NCBI GenBank assembly: GCA_010909165.1
Contig: MU008169.1
Span: forward strand, 930,001-994,000
Length of the DNA: 64,000 nt
Direction of reading: 5' to 3'
Source of the DNA: Anthoceros angustus
Taxonomy: Eukaryota > Plantae > Anthocerotophyta
Position 1 is the stretch's first letter. Every line of letters begins with the position of its first letter. The position numbers were made by a program, and so were the translations under genes. Positions 1 through 12,619 of this stretch are shown here, piece by piece. The notes below the pieces were generated by a model, which saw nothing but the letters and a program-made list of their open reading frames with translations, was not told the origin of the DNA and did no database searches.

Positions 1-62
1 CTTTACGCTGACGTGTTTCTCGCTAACAGCTTGGTGAATAGGAACGCGAAGTGCGGCAGTCT

Positions 63-92
63 CCCTACTAGAAAAGGGCACCCTATGTTACA
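63..92 (+). repeat. Left terminal inverted repeat (30 bp)
   Basis: Exact reverse complement of 17582-17611. Confidence 0.97.
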
Positions 93-335
93 CTTTATGT
101 TAAGATTTGGACCCCTGGATGTAACACTCATGTTGCAATTTTGGGGTCATGTAACACTTTTGGGCCCCTTGTTACACTTTGGCTTGGAAACCATACCACG
201 GCCGTTGTTGCAATCATGTTGCAATAGTGTTGCAATTATGTTAAGATGAAGTGAGAGGTGGTTTTGCCTCTCTCAAAATTGCAACATGATTGCAACATCT
301 AAAGTGTTACAAGAGAGGTCTTGTAACACTTTTGG
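85..335. repeat. Left subterminal repeats
   Basis: Many copies of TGTTACA/TGTAACA and TGTTGCAA/TTGCAACA in both orientations. The same motifs recur at 17290-17590. Typical of CACTA TnpA-binding regions. Confidence 0.8.
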
Positions 336-1117
336 AGGCTTGGTACCGAACCTCCTCCCCATCCACTATTCCTTTTACTTTTGCCCTTGGCAATACCACG
401 CTTTACTTGGTAGTTACCAATACGCCTTCAATACGACCATATATAAAATACATCAATACATCCTTATACTATACACATGTAGTCTACTGATAAATGTAAT
501 ATATTATTCTAAGTGCTATAAGGGCGTATTCAATTTCATATAAAATAAGTTTGTATACTATGCGTATTCCATACGTACAATGTACATATTCATGGTACGG
601 TACTATGTATTTACTATACGTGTAAATAGCGCCGGCTCTTTCTACCCCTACTTTATAGCATGCCGGTGTGCGGTTTGTCCTTCCACGTCACCAATAGCCA
701 ACGGCTTCCACCATGGCCCCCACTGTCCCCACCTATCACCTTATTGTGACGCATCACTGTGAGGTTATGCCCCTACAAGATTGTGCTGTGCGGAGGAGTT
801 TTGGTATGCTCTGGCTTATGCTTTTACGCCTCCATGTAAGGCACTTCCTACTCCATCGTATGCACCCCAGGAAACTTCCGCCTCCTGCTCGATTCCCAAT
901 TTTCTTCTTCCCCTCACTTGCGTTGGCGGAGGCAAGCTTTGCCACTTCTACCGCTTCCTCCCCTCGCCTCACACGTTGCACATACAAACCAGCATGGCCA
1001 TCATGAGTTACCCAACGTTAATGGGTGTACCAATCACCATAGCGACCATTTGCCTTACCTTCCTCCGGTCCCTCCTCGTATCTTACGCCTTCTTGGTGGG
1101 CATTTCCTCGTCCTCCT

Positions 1118-4100
1118 TCTTCCGGCCGCCTTGCCCTTGTCACTGCCCACCGCCGCCGCCTACTCCTCCTCCTCTTTTCCTCTTCGCCCGCCACCCTTTA
1201 TCGCAGTGGCGTTGCCTCAACTGGGCTCCACTATGTAGGTCCATGCTCTCGATCGGAGGCTGCAAGATATGTGTCCGCACGAAATTAGGCACATCGTCCT
1301 CTTCAAGACTCCTCTGCGGCCCATGTTATCCGCAGGCCCCCACGCCCCGTCCCCTTGCCTCCATCTGCAATCGCCTTTGCCCATATCAAAGGCGCCGCAT
1401 GATGCCCTCTTGACCTCCTTCATTCTCTCTCCCTCGACATCCGCCTCATGCTAGTGGCGCCTTTTGGCCCCGCCCAGCATGGATCTGCTGGGTGATCCAC
1501 CGCCGCCCGCCACCCGCCTCCTACTCCCCTGCTTTTTGGCTGTCCACCGTGCACACAAGTGTGTTTCCTCCTGTGACGGATCGTTGCCCCTCCGTGGTCC
1601 ACCACCCGACTCCCCGCCTCCACACTCATTGTTCCCGCCATTCAACTGCCACTCCATCCGATCCCAACGGCCTCCACCTCCGCAAACATGGCGTCACCTT
1701 CCGGTCTCGGGCACTCCTCCACCTCTTCTCCATTTGCTTGCTGCCCACGTGACATGCCTCGCCGCCCGCCTCCACTCACACCATTCCTGTGCATGCTTCC
1801 ACCAAACACAGGCGATCGTGGTGTCGCGGCACCACAATTTCGCCCATACCGCCTCTTCTTCCTCCCTCACCTTGCGCCCTCGTGACGCGTGGCCCGTCTC
1901 CACTTCACCGCTCGTTCATGCCGCCTTTCCCCCTTCCAATACGTTGTGCCCGCCTCCTCTCCTCCTCCCCCAAGCCCCTTCCGCCATCTGCATTCCTTCC
2001 TAGCCTCTCACGCCCACATCGCCACCACGTGCACCACCGCCGCCTCCCACCCCTTCCTTCCGTCGCCTCGGAAAGGCCACCATATCGGATCCATCTCCAA
2101 TTCAATGTCATTAAGCAAAATGGTCATTTCCTTGTTCTCCTTGCAATGGCACGAATCTACGGTGTCTTGTCATACACTCCTGCCTTACCATGTAGGAACT
2201 CGCAGAACCCCACTATCGCGGACCGCCCACAGGCTGCATGGAAATCGTCCTCTTCAACCTCCCATACTCTGCCTCTTCTTCCGTTGGAAACCGCCCATGC
2301 CGATTCTCAAACCTCACCACCCACCAAGACGCCTCCCTTTCCCCATGGGTTTGGACCCATCCCTGCTTTTGGCTAGCCTCTCTTTTGCTGCGATTTCGTA
2401 CTTGATGGCTCAAACTTCCTGCCTCTTCAACTCCATCCGAGCCCATGCAAGTGCATCTTCCCACTCTTCGTCATCCACCATGCTCGGTTTCTTCCCATGT
2501 CCTCCCCCCCCCTCTACCATTTCCTCTAGCGCCGCAGCTTCCACACACCGAGAATTGCGTGTCCGCGTCATCTGCGAGAAGTGTCGGCTTATGCTGGACT
2601 TGACCACCAGGTCTGGGAATGCTTCAGACACGGATTTCACTAACCGTGCTTTCTCTTCTTTCTAACGTCCGCCATCTTGCTGTACCAGTTCATTCACAAC
2701 CTTCGTCCTCACGGTACCATGATTCTGCGTGCCTTGCTTCGCCCCGAACAACATCGAGTCCCTCCTCGTATCCGCCTCATGCTAGTGGCGCCTTTTGGCC
2801 CCTCGCCTCTTCTTCCGGCCGCCGCAGCCCGTGCCCTTGTCACTCGCCACCACGGCCGCCTCTACTCCTCCTCCTCTTTTCCTCTTCGCCCGCCACCCCT
2901 TTATCGCAGTGGCGTTGCCTCAACTGGGCTCCACTATGTAGGTCCATGCTCTCGACGGAGGTCGCAAGATATGTGTCTGCACGAAATTAGGCACCTCGTC
3001 CTCTTGACTGCCTCTTGGATCGTCCATCCTTCTTCCCATGTCCTCCCCCAAGCCCCTTCCACGATTCCCACTTTCCCTTCTTGCAATCGCCTTTGCCCAT
3101 ATCAAAGGCGCCGCATGATGCCCTCTTGACCTCCTTCATTCTCTCTCTCGACATCGCCTCATGCTAGTGACGCCTTTTGGCCTCGCCAGCATGGATCTGC
3201 TGGGTGATCCACCGCCCGCCCGCCACCCGCCTCCTACTCCCCTGCGTTTTTTTGGCTGTCCACCGTGCACACAAGTGTGTTTCCTCCTGGTGACGGATCA
3301 GTTGCCCCCCTCCGTGGTCCACCACCCGACTCCTGCCCTCCACACTCATTGTTCCTGCCATTCAACGGCGTCGTCAATCCATCTGATCCCAACGGCCTCC
3401 ACCCTCCGCAAACATGGCCGTCACCTTCCGGTCTCGGGCACTCCTCCACCTCTTCTCCAGCTGTTGCTTGCTGCCCACGTGACCTCGCCGCCCGCCTCCA
3501 TCACACCATTCCTGTGCATGCTTCCACCAAACACAGGCGATCGTGGTGTCGCGGCACCACAATTTCGCCCATACTCTGCCTCCCCTCACCTTGCGCCCTC
3601 GTGACGCGTGGCCCGTCTCCACTTCACCGCTCTTGTTCCGCCGCCTTCCCCCTTCCAATACCCAGCCCCGCCTCCTCCTCCTCCTCCCCCAAGCCCCTTC
3701 CGTGCCATCGCATTCCTTCCTAGCCTCTCACGCCCACACATCGCCACCACGTGCACCACTGCCGCCTCCCACCCCTTCCTTCCGTCGCCTCGGAAAGGCC
3801 ACCATATCGGGATCCATCTCCAATTCAATGTCATTAAGCAAAATGGTCATTTCCTTGTTCTCCTTGCAATGGCACGAATCTACGGTGTCTTGTCATACAC
3901 TCCCCGCCTTACCATGTAGGAACTCGCAGAACCCCACTATCGCGGACCGCCCACAGGCTGCATGGAAATCGTCCTCTTCAACCTCCCATACCGCCTCTTC
4001 TTCCGTTGGAAACCGCCATCTTGATTCTCAAACCTCACCACCCACCAAGACGCCTCCCTTTCCCCATGGGTTTGGACCCATCCCCGTTTTGGCTAGCCTC

Positions 4101-4510
4101 TCTTTTGCTGCGATTTCGTACTTCGATGGCTCAAACTTCCCGTTCCTCTTCAACTCCATCCGAGCCCATGCAAGTGCATCTTCCCACTCTTCGTCATCCA
4201 CCATGCTCGGTTTCTTCCCATGTCCTCCCCCCCCCTCTACCATTTCCTCTAGCGCTGCTGCCTTCGCAGCTTCCACACATCGAGAATTGCGTGTCCGCGT
4301 CATCTGCGAGAAGTGTCGGCTTATGCTGGACTTGACCACCAGGTCTGGGAATGCTTCAGACACGGATTTCACTAACCGTGCTTTCTCTTCTTTCGGAACG
4401 TCCCGCCATCTTGCCAGGTACCCGAGTTCATTCACAACCTTCGTCCTCACCAGTACCAACAGTTCTGCGTGCCTTGCTTCGCTCAGCCCGCCGAACAACA
4501 TCGGAGTCCC
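1118..4510. repeat. Internal tandem duplication 1 (period ~1.7 kb; copies ~1118-2765 and ~2811-4510)
   Basis: Co-linear near-identical text in both copies (e.g. cgcagtggcgttgcctcaactgggctccactatgtagg at ~1202 and ~2905). Differences are mostly 1-10 bp indels. Confidence 0.92.
2200..2750 (-). pseudogene. Duplicated, frameshifted partial copy of TnpA-like gene
   Basis: ORF 2410-2640 repeats the peptide of ORF 4028-4612 (SVSEAFPDLVVKSSISRHF...KPSMVDDEEWEDALAW). Confidence 0.7.
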
Positions 4511-4612
4511 CTCCCCCTGCTTCATGTGGTTTTGCATGGCCTCCTTCAGCCATTTCACCCCATGCTTGTTTATCAAGGCTTTAACCAGTGCATCGTTGTC
4601 CACCGCACTCAC
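3900..4612 (-). pseudogene. En/Spm TnpA-like (Transposase_24/Ptta-type) coding region, frameshifted
   Basis: Motif order WRDVPKEEKARLVKSVSEAF ... KPSMVDDEEWEDALAW ... RLAKTGMGPNPWGKGG resembles the W..VP...K..L...F / P..V...W......W / R...G..G pattern of CACTA ORF2 proteins. Lies inside the TIR-bounded element. Confidence 0.65.
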
Positions 4613-5699
4613 CGCGCCGAAGATCCGACCTACACACCATCACCGCTGGTTAGAACACCACCCCTTGCGAAATTGATTGCGCCATTCGAGATCAAGTGCT
4701 CGGCGTGGTGTGTCACGCTCCTCTGGGCTTGTCCCCTTCCACGATTCCCACTTTCCCTTCTTGCACCGCCGCCACCGCCCGCCCTCGAAAGGTTGCCTCC
4801 CTTGTCCCCATGCTTAAACACCGCCAAGATGCGGTGCTCTGTGTTACCCGTTTGTCCACCATGCCCACTCACCCGGCTGCAAACTTTAACGTGCACACTT
4901 TGCGGCCGCAAAGTGTGCACTTGGTGCACACTTTGCCGGCATCACTTGCCGTTAAATCGACTCGCGACAACCAACCTCATCCGACGAAATAGCTCCTCCT
5001 CTATGTCGTTCAATTCTTGCACGCAATGCTCCAACTCCGCATCCGTCGGTGGGAGGTTCGATCTCGGCGTCGTCAAAATCAACTCCTGCTCCAGCCCATC
5101 TCGCCTCGCCTCTTACCTTCACGACGCCTCGAGGAGGCCGCTTCTTGGTCGCCGATGTCGAATGAAGACCGCAATGGTGCGGGGATGAGCGACATACCCC
5201 GAGGCCGCTTTGCCCCCATCCTCCCCACCCGGATCGGTCCATCGTCGCCGACGCTGCCGGCGACGCCGCCCGACCGTGGTGTTCGCAGCGCCAGACGCGA
5301 CTCGCCGGCAAGCCTCACCGCCATACTCTCCACCTTGAACCAGCTTGTCCACCGCCTGCTCCATGTCAAGGCAATGGCTTCCTCTCGGGCGGCGCCAGCC
5401 ATGAGTCCCTATGCGCATTCAAGACCCATTTTGAAAAGCTTGTTATGCAAAGGCGGTGGTCATTCGCTATCGGGGACCGGTGCCTGCATGCACTTGCTAC
5501 TTGCCCATAATCACAACATTTGTCGACCACAACCTCGGCTGTGGAGCAATTTTCATGTCCCATTGGTTACGTATGCGTTACTCGTGATGTATGATATTGC
5601 CCAAATGGCGCAGCGCTCTCAATGCCCCCATTACTCCATTTTAATAAGAATCATCGACTTCCTCCGACCATTCCCACACGCCACTTGGGTATTGGCACA

Positions 5700-6620
5700 T
5701 TCCGCATTGGGCAATGGACGCCTGCTGTGATCACCTCAATAGAATACAATCTTTTTCACAAGCATGGATTTTCACGTATCTTGGCCCAAACATGTGCAAC
5801 ACTGACTTTGCCTCGTACATGTCCTTCGGCAGCTTGTTCGGAACTGGCAAAATATCCACACTTAAGAGCTTTAAAAGTGCCGTCACAGCGACGTCACTGA
5901 TGTCATACATCGTTTGCCACGACAGCAACAACAGTGTTGCGCTTAGCCTGCTTTCTTTCGATTGGACTTCCTCTTCAATGTGGTATAACGGCGTTTCGCC
6001 GGAACTACTAGTGTGGTCGGTAGGATGGCCACCGCTGCCTTTGCAACATCCGTGGCTTCCGACCTTCGTCCACTATGCGCCGGGCATATCATCACCTCGA
6101 ACCCTCATCCATACTTTCGTCGTCGGAACTACTAGTGTGGTCGGTAGGATGGCCACCGCCGTTCCGCTGCACCCATCCGAGCCCGTATCCGAATCCGTGC
6201 GGAGACGCCACAAGACGGCCGCGCTCTTCTATGCCACCGTGTCTCGCCGACCGCAAAAGCCACCTTAAAGCTAGAATTGGAGTGCATTTGCTGGCCATTG
6301 ATGCGAGAGAACTCACGGCCACCGCGGTGCACAGGCGGTGGCGTGACTGAATTCTTGAAATGTGTGCGAATACGAGCTCGCGAGCTCGCGACCGATGGCG
6401 GCGGGGACAATACATGTACACCGCATCTGCATTTCGTGGCATCCTCCCCAGGGTCGTGATCCGGTAGGCACGGCAACCACAAAGACAAAGGTGGTACATC
6501 CGTTATCCGAACGCCCCGTCACGTGTGCAATCATGACTTCATGACCCATAAACACCGACACGTAGGACTGGAACGTGCTTGCAGAAACCATGGACGGAAG
6601 CACAAACGCGTCACCTGCTT
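5700..6620 (-). pseudogene. N-terminal fragment of En/Spm TnpD/Tnp2 transposase (no catalytic core seen)
   Basis: ORF 5731-5931 LLKLLSVDILPVPNKLPKDMYEAKSVLHMFGPRYVKIHACEKDCIL is the hallmark LP...YEAK..L...G..Y.KIHAC..DC.L motif upstream of Transposase_21. Upstream YMYCP...VFAHI weakly resembles the transposase-associated domain. Confidence 0.85.
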
Positions 6621-9119
6621 ATGGAGATCCCGCCGTCCGTGATGACCCAGCTCGGCAGGTAAGTCGACCGACGATCGGGGGCAAAGCAGCTACGCCGAGG
6701 CGATGCACGCATCAGACAGCAGCATCTGGGGCTGGACAAGAACCTCGCGCCTCTGGACATGAGCAACAGAATTTGCGCAACCGAGGAGCCACCACCGTCT
6801 TCCAATCCCAACTCAGCGGGCGACAGAGAGCACGGTTGGCGAGCACGCCACTGGATGCACGCAATGTTCGCGACGGTCTGTGCACGCTAGCGGCAGTGGA
6901 AGCCTGCCGGGCGGTATGTCAAGCGTGGTAGCCGACTCTTCCGACGGGGCCCGGAGATTGGGCGTAGTGTAGGGGTGACACCTGCAATGGAAAGGGAGGA
7001 TGTGCGCGCTGGCTAGCTTGGTGGTCGGCACCAACGGTCGGAGATGGTTGACACGCCAGACGCATTGCATTTGGGGATGCGTGTTTTGATTTAAAGTTGA
7101 TTACACACAATCCGCAAAGTTCGACAACGGCCTTGATCGTCCTAAGCTTGCAAGCAAATGCGAACAAACGCGTGAGGAGGCGCCTTCCCCTTGGTGTAAA
7201 CAACCTCCTTCATGTCCACTTCGCTCACGGCAAGGAATAGTGTTGAGCTCATTGTCTCAAAGTCTCTGACCTCCCATGTTGCGGCGCCATTCTCGTGAAA
7301 GGGCATCAACCCGGTTCGCAGAGTGCTCCATGCCGCCTCGTCCAACGCATCCCAATTCCATTCGTGAAGTGTGTAGCCAGCCACGGGCCGCGCCGGACGT
7401 GAAGCCCCACATCGGCAGCTTGTTCTATCCGAAGCAGCGACTCAATTTCTGCAGAACCTCCTCCTTGGATCGTGGCCTCTGCAGAAATTGTAGCTCCGAA
7501 TGGTTCGCCTCTTCTTCCCATGGAGGAAATGTGGCTTGGACTGCTGGCACTCCGTCGAGCGCCCGGATGCCGTCGCCGCCACAGGCGATTGCTCCTCCAC
7601 TTTCCTCTTGCCCTTCGCATCACCCGGGGCCGGATCGGTCCCTACGGGGAGGGTGGCGTGTACATCTGCCTTACCCTTCTCTCTCAATCTCCCTCTCGCC
7701 TTCAACTTCCGAGGCTTGCGAGCGCGACCGCAATCCTTGCCAATTCTCTCCATCGAGGTATGCAATGGACCGGAATCTAGAGAATGCCTTGTGCATCTAG
7801 GAGGAGAAGGCAAAGAGCTATAGCACCAATCACCATACTTTGTTTATTACGCGTGACTCGGGGACGCAAAGCTGACTTGTCATGTCCGGTCAACGGTATG
7901 AACGGGCACCAAACCATACCCATCCATTCCGCCAAGCATGTGAGGTCATCGAGTTTTATTGGGTGACGCATGAGAAGTACACGTAGTGATCAAAGAAGAA
8001 GGACTTTCCCATCCCGCTTAATTACGGTGAATCATATACCCCACATTGTGAGGTATAAACCGTCCCTAGTCACACGACGACGCCGTGATCCGAGACGGCA
8101 AGAGCGGCGGCACTCCATACCAGGTCCTTGATGGCCGACAAGAGGAGAGCAACCTCCGTCCATCATCCTTGATGGCCATCCCGACATGGAACCGCAGCCT
8201 CGCCCTTGATGGGCATCGCTTCGACTGGCAACAACGATGTGCAAACACTTCGCAATGATCCACAAATGAGTGGGTGAGGGAGGAATGTTGCGGGTTCGTC
8301 AAATGCGGATTCCACAACAACTTCACACTGCAGGCATGAACTTGCAGGTTGGAGAAAAGGGCCAAACAAAAAGTGTTCACATGCGGCGCCTCCCAGCCGA
8401 GCACCCAATCCATACCATGTGCGGTCACCTGAACACCATGCCCGCACCAGGTAGAAGGGACCACCTCGCTAGAGAAGGAACCACCTCGCCACCGAACGGC
8501 AAGACGCCGTGAGGGGATAGCAAGAGGAGACAGCTCCACGCCGTGAAGGGCGGGGACACCGCGCCCCCAACATTCCCATATGATCCTTGATGGCCATCGA
8601 TGATTTCGGGCTGAAGATGGAGACATGCACACACGCCTCGTCGCGAGCTACCGATAACCCACGGTGGTTTCGACTAAGCTCGCGGCATTGCACATGTCCG
8701 TCATAGACACAAGGTAGAGCGAGGAGGCGTGTCACTGGAAGACAAGCTCGCCTCGGATGCGAAGATGACCAAAACAAAGGTAGTAGCGTGAAGCGAGGGC
8801 AAGGTGGTGACATTTAAAGCGGAACACGACGACCTTAGGCAGCCTCTTGTCCTCCGTGCCACATCGGGTTGCGGATGAGAGGATCTTGAATTTCACCGTT
8901 CCTTACATGTGAGAAAGGAGACATGGCGGTGGCATGGCGCCCGCCATCGAACGATTGGCGGTAAATTCATGGAGGGGCGTGGCGCGGGGCAAACAGGCGG
9001 AACACGAAGGTAGATGTCATGTCTCCCAAGGTCCGGATATCCTTTGCGTGCGCGCAGAGTGACGCCGAGGCCACACGGCGCCCCGCGGAAGGTGTGAATA
9101 CATGACACGCTCGCCATGT

Positions 9120-12100
9120 GACGCGTTTGATTGGTGGATCGCATAACGGAGTCTCGAACGATGCACATCATTATATGGGAGAACGCGAATTGGCATATAT
9201 ATGGCAAATTCACATACGCCGGTCCTTCATTCATGGCATAATGAATGGGGCATTTAGTTTGCTTGAATGGCTCTCACGTGCCACCTACCGTCCTTGCACA
9301 ATGGTGTAGAAGAAGCGACAGAACAGAGAACGCCATCAATGCACACGACCGACATGGCATGTTTTCTACCATGCCCGGCTTTTCAAATATTAAAATGGCT
9401 TCACCACACCTTTCTTGGACAACGGTGGAGAAGACAAGTTTATGCGAGAGATAGGGAGCCATTGTCTTTGGTTCATGGGTTAATGAAGGCCATGACATTG
9501 TCATGGCCTTCAACATAGGGGACCATACATGGCATGCATGGAGGAATGGCAAGCCAAGGTTGCGGTGGCATAGCACGCCACGAAGTCTCCTCCTCTCCTC
9601 TTCCTCCTCCCCACCGCACCGCGCCGCCCCACGCCGGCACCACCACTCCCCACACACCATGGCCACCGTCATACCGTCACCACGGGGCTCCCTGGAATGT
9701 GGTCGCGGACATCGTCGCATCGCGGGCTGGATCGGTAGGCAATGTGGTATGCGAGAACGGGGCAAAGCATAAAAAATAGCAAATTAACACATGCATGGTC
9801 CGTGGAGCATGGCAGGTTCTAAGCTGGTCTTGCCCTTGAAATGGCATGCCACATCATGTGGCATTACCTGAAAAATGGCATTGTGAACACTTGTCCACAA
9901 AGGGCAAATTGTGGCTCTCCAAATGGTCATCCGAATGGCCAAAATTGACATGAGGCAAAGACATGGTCATGACGAATGAGGAACATTTGTCCTTGGGTCA
10001 CGTGATCATGCATGATGGGAATGTATTGTCCTTGGACCACGAACGGTAATGAACAATGGCAAATTAGTGTCCGTCGATCGAAAATGATCTTCCATAATGG
10101 AAACATTTGTCCTTGGCGAAATGGTCATCGAATGGCCAAAATTGACCGAGGCCAAGGCATGGTCATGACAATGAGGAACATTTGTCCTTGGGTCACGAAA
10201 TGACCATACATAACGGAATGTTTTGTCCTTGGACCACGAAATGCGCATGAGCAAAGGGAAATTATTTTCCTTCGATGCGATATGGTAATCCATAATGGGC
10301 TAAATTTGTCCTTGGATGACGAAAATCGATAAACACGGATGCCTATATATGCCAAACATGCATGGATGCCATATGCGCAGAATGGTGTGGTGGACAATCG
10401 CCGGGTTGCGGTGTTTTAGGCATGTGAATGCCACATGTACACATATAGGTGGTGGGCGCAAACTCGAGTTTGTGCCCGGCAAATCGGCATGCATGGCACA
10501 TGAGCCACCGGCATGCCCTAGGACTTCCCGCCTCCCCTCTTCTCCTCTTGCCCTCTTCCCCATCACCACAGGTTACCTCACCGCCTTGTCGCCATCGCCA
10601 CCGGAGTTCCTGCTCACTTTGTCGCGGTTATCGGTTGTGCATGCATGTGTGACTCGGTTGGCCTTCCTCGACCATGGTTTGGGACGTTGACTTTGAGGAT
10701 TTGGTCAAGCCGCTCGCTTAAGCTCGAACAACGCCGCCAATCCGCCGGATGTCGTGCCCATAACGCCGCCGAAGGAGGAGGGGGGCCCATCGACGCGCTT
10801 TGATTGGTGGATCGCATAACGGAGTCTCGAACGATGCACATCATTATATGGGAGAACGCGAATTGGCATATATATGGCAAATTCACATACGGCCGGTCCT
10901 TCATTCATGGCATAATGAATGGGGCATTTAGTTTGCTTGAATGGCTCTCACGTGCCACCTACCCTTGCACAATGGTGTAGAAGAAGGATATCAAAGAGAA
11001 CGGGCGTCATTCACAATGCAACCTTCGGACATGGCATGTTTTCTACCATGCCCGGCTTTTCAAATATTAAAATGGCTTCACCACACCTTTCTTGGACAAC
11101 GGTGGAGAAGACAAGTTTATGCGAGATAGGGAGCCATTGTCTTTGGTTCATGGGTTATAAGGCCATGACATTGTCATGGCCTTCAACATAGGGGACCATA
11201 CATGGCATGCATGGAGGAAGGTGGTTGCGCGGTGGCATAGCACCACGAAGTCTCCTCCTCTCCTCTTTCCTCCTCCCCACCGCACCCCACGCCGCACCAC
11301 CACTCACACACCATGGCCACCGCCATACCGTCACCACGGCTCGGAATGTGGTCGCGACATCGCCGCATCGCGGCTGGATCGGTAGGCAATGTGGTATGCG
11401 AGAACGGGCAAAGCATAAAAATAGCAAATTAACACATGCATGGTCCGTGGAGCATGGCGGTCTTGCCTTGAAATGGCATGCCACATCCGTGGGCATTACC
11501 AGACGAAATGGCATTGAACACTTGTCCACAAAGGGCAAATGCCCTTGGCTCTCCAAATGGTCATCCGTAATGGCCAAAATTGACATGAGGCAAAGACATG
11601 GTCATGACGAATGAGGAACATTTGTCCTTGGGTCACGTGATCATGCATGATGGGAATGTATTGTCCTTGGACCACGAACGGTAATGAACAATGGCAAATT
11701 AGTGTCCGTCGATCGAAAATGATCTTCCATAATGGAAACATTTGTCCTTGGCTGAAATGGTCATCCGTAATGGCCAAAATTGACTGAGGCCAAGGCATGG
11801 TCATGACAATGAGGAACATTTGTCCTTGGGTCACGAAATGACCATACATAACGGAATGTTTTGTCCTTGGACCACGAAATGCGCATGAGCAAAGGGAAAT
11901 TATTTTCCTTCGAGATATGGTAATCCATAATGGGCTAAATTTGTCCTTGGATGACGAAAATCGATAAACACGGATGCCTATATATGCCAAACATGCATGG
12001 ATGCCATATGTAATGGTGTGGTGGACAATCGCCGGTTGCGCGGTGTTTTAGGCATGTGAATGCCACATGTACACATATAGGTGGTGGGCAAACTCCGAGT

Positions 12101-12425
12101 TTGTGCCCGCGAAATCGGCATGCATGGCACATGAGCCACCGGCATGCCCTAGGACTTGCCCCCCTCTCCTCTTGCCCTCTTCCCCATCACCACAGTGGTT
12201 ACCTCACCGCCTTGTCGCCATCGCCACCGGAGTTCCTGCTCACTTTGTCGCGGTTATCGGTTGTGCATGTGCAGTGACTCGGTTGGCCTTCCTCGACCAT
12301 GGTTTGGGACGTTGACTTTGAGGATTTGGTCAAGCCGCTCGCTTAAGCTCGGAACAACGCCAATCCGGCCGGATGTCGGTGCCCATAACGCCGCCCGGAA
12401 GGAGGATTGGGGCCCATCGACAGCG
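9120..12425. repeat. Internal tandem duplication 2 (period ~1.67 kb; copies ~9120-10790 and ~10792-12425)
   Basis: Both copies start acgcg.tttgattggtggatcgcataacggagtctcg and end gggcccatcgac; near-identical with small indels. Confidence 0.92.
9880..10320. repeat. Degenerate ~40-bp minisatellite (core AACATTTGTCCTTGG); second copy at ~11515-11955
   Basis: Roughly ten recurrences of the TTGTCCTTGG-like core with AATGGTCAT spacers and an apparent ~200-bp higher-order period. Confidence 0.8.
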
Positions 12426-12619
12426 CTTGCGCATCCGAGGGAGAGGCCGAAGCCGGAAAATGGTCCAGCAAGGGACTTGGCGCAGAGCGACGGCGCCCAA
12501 CTACCGGATGGAAGCACGGCCGGATGGTGGAAGCGCAAGTGAGGTGGGCGCGGTCGTGGAGAAAGCCGATTCCACCGGGGGAGAGGTGGATGCCATGGCG
12601 TGGAGCGGAAGCGAGAGGT

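Noticed and set aside
781-5730. Long plus-strand Pro/Ser-rich ORFs (e.g. 3543-4676, 5017-5730)
   Set aside because: Antisense shadows of the GC-rich minus-strand transposon coding region.
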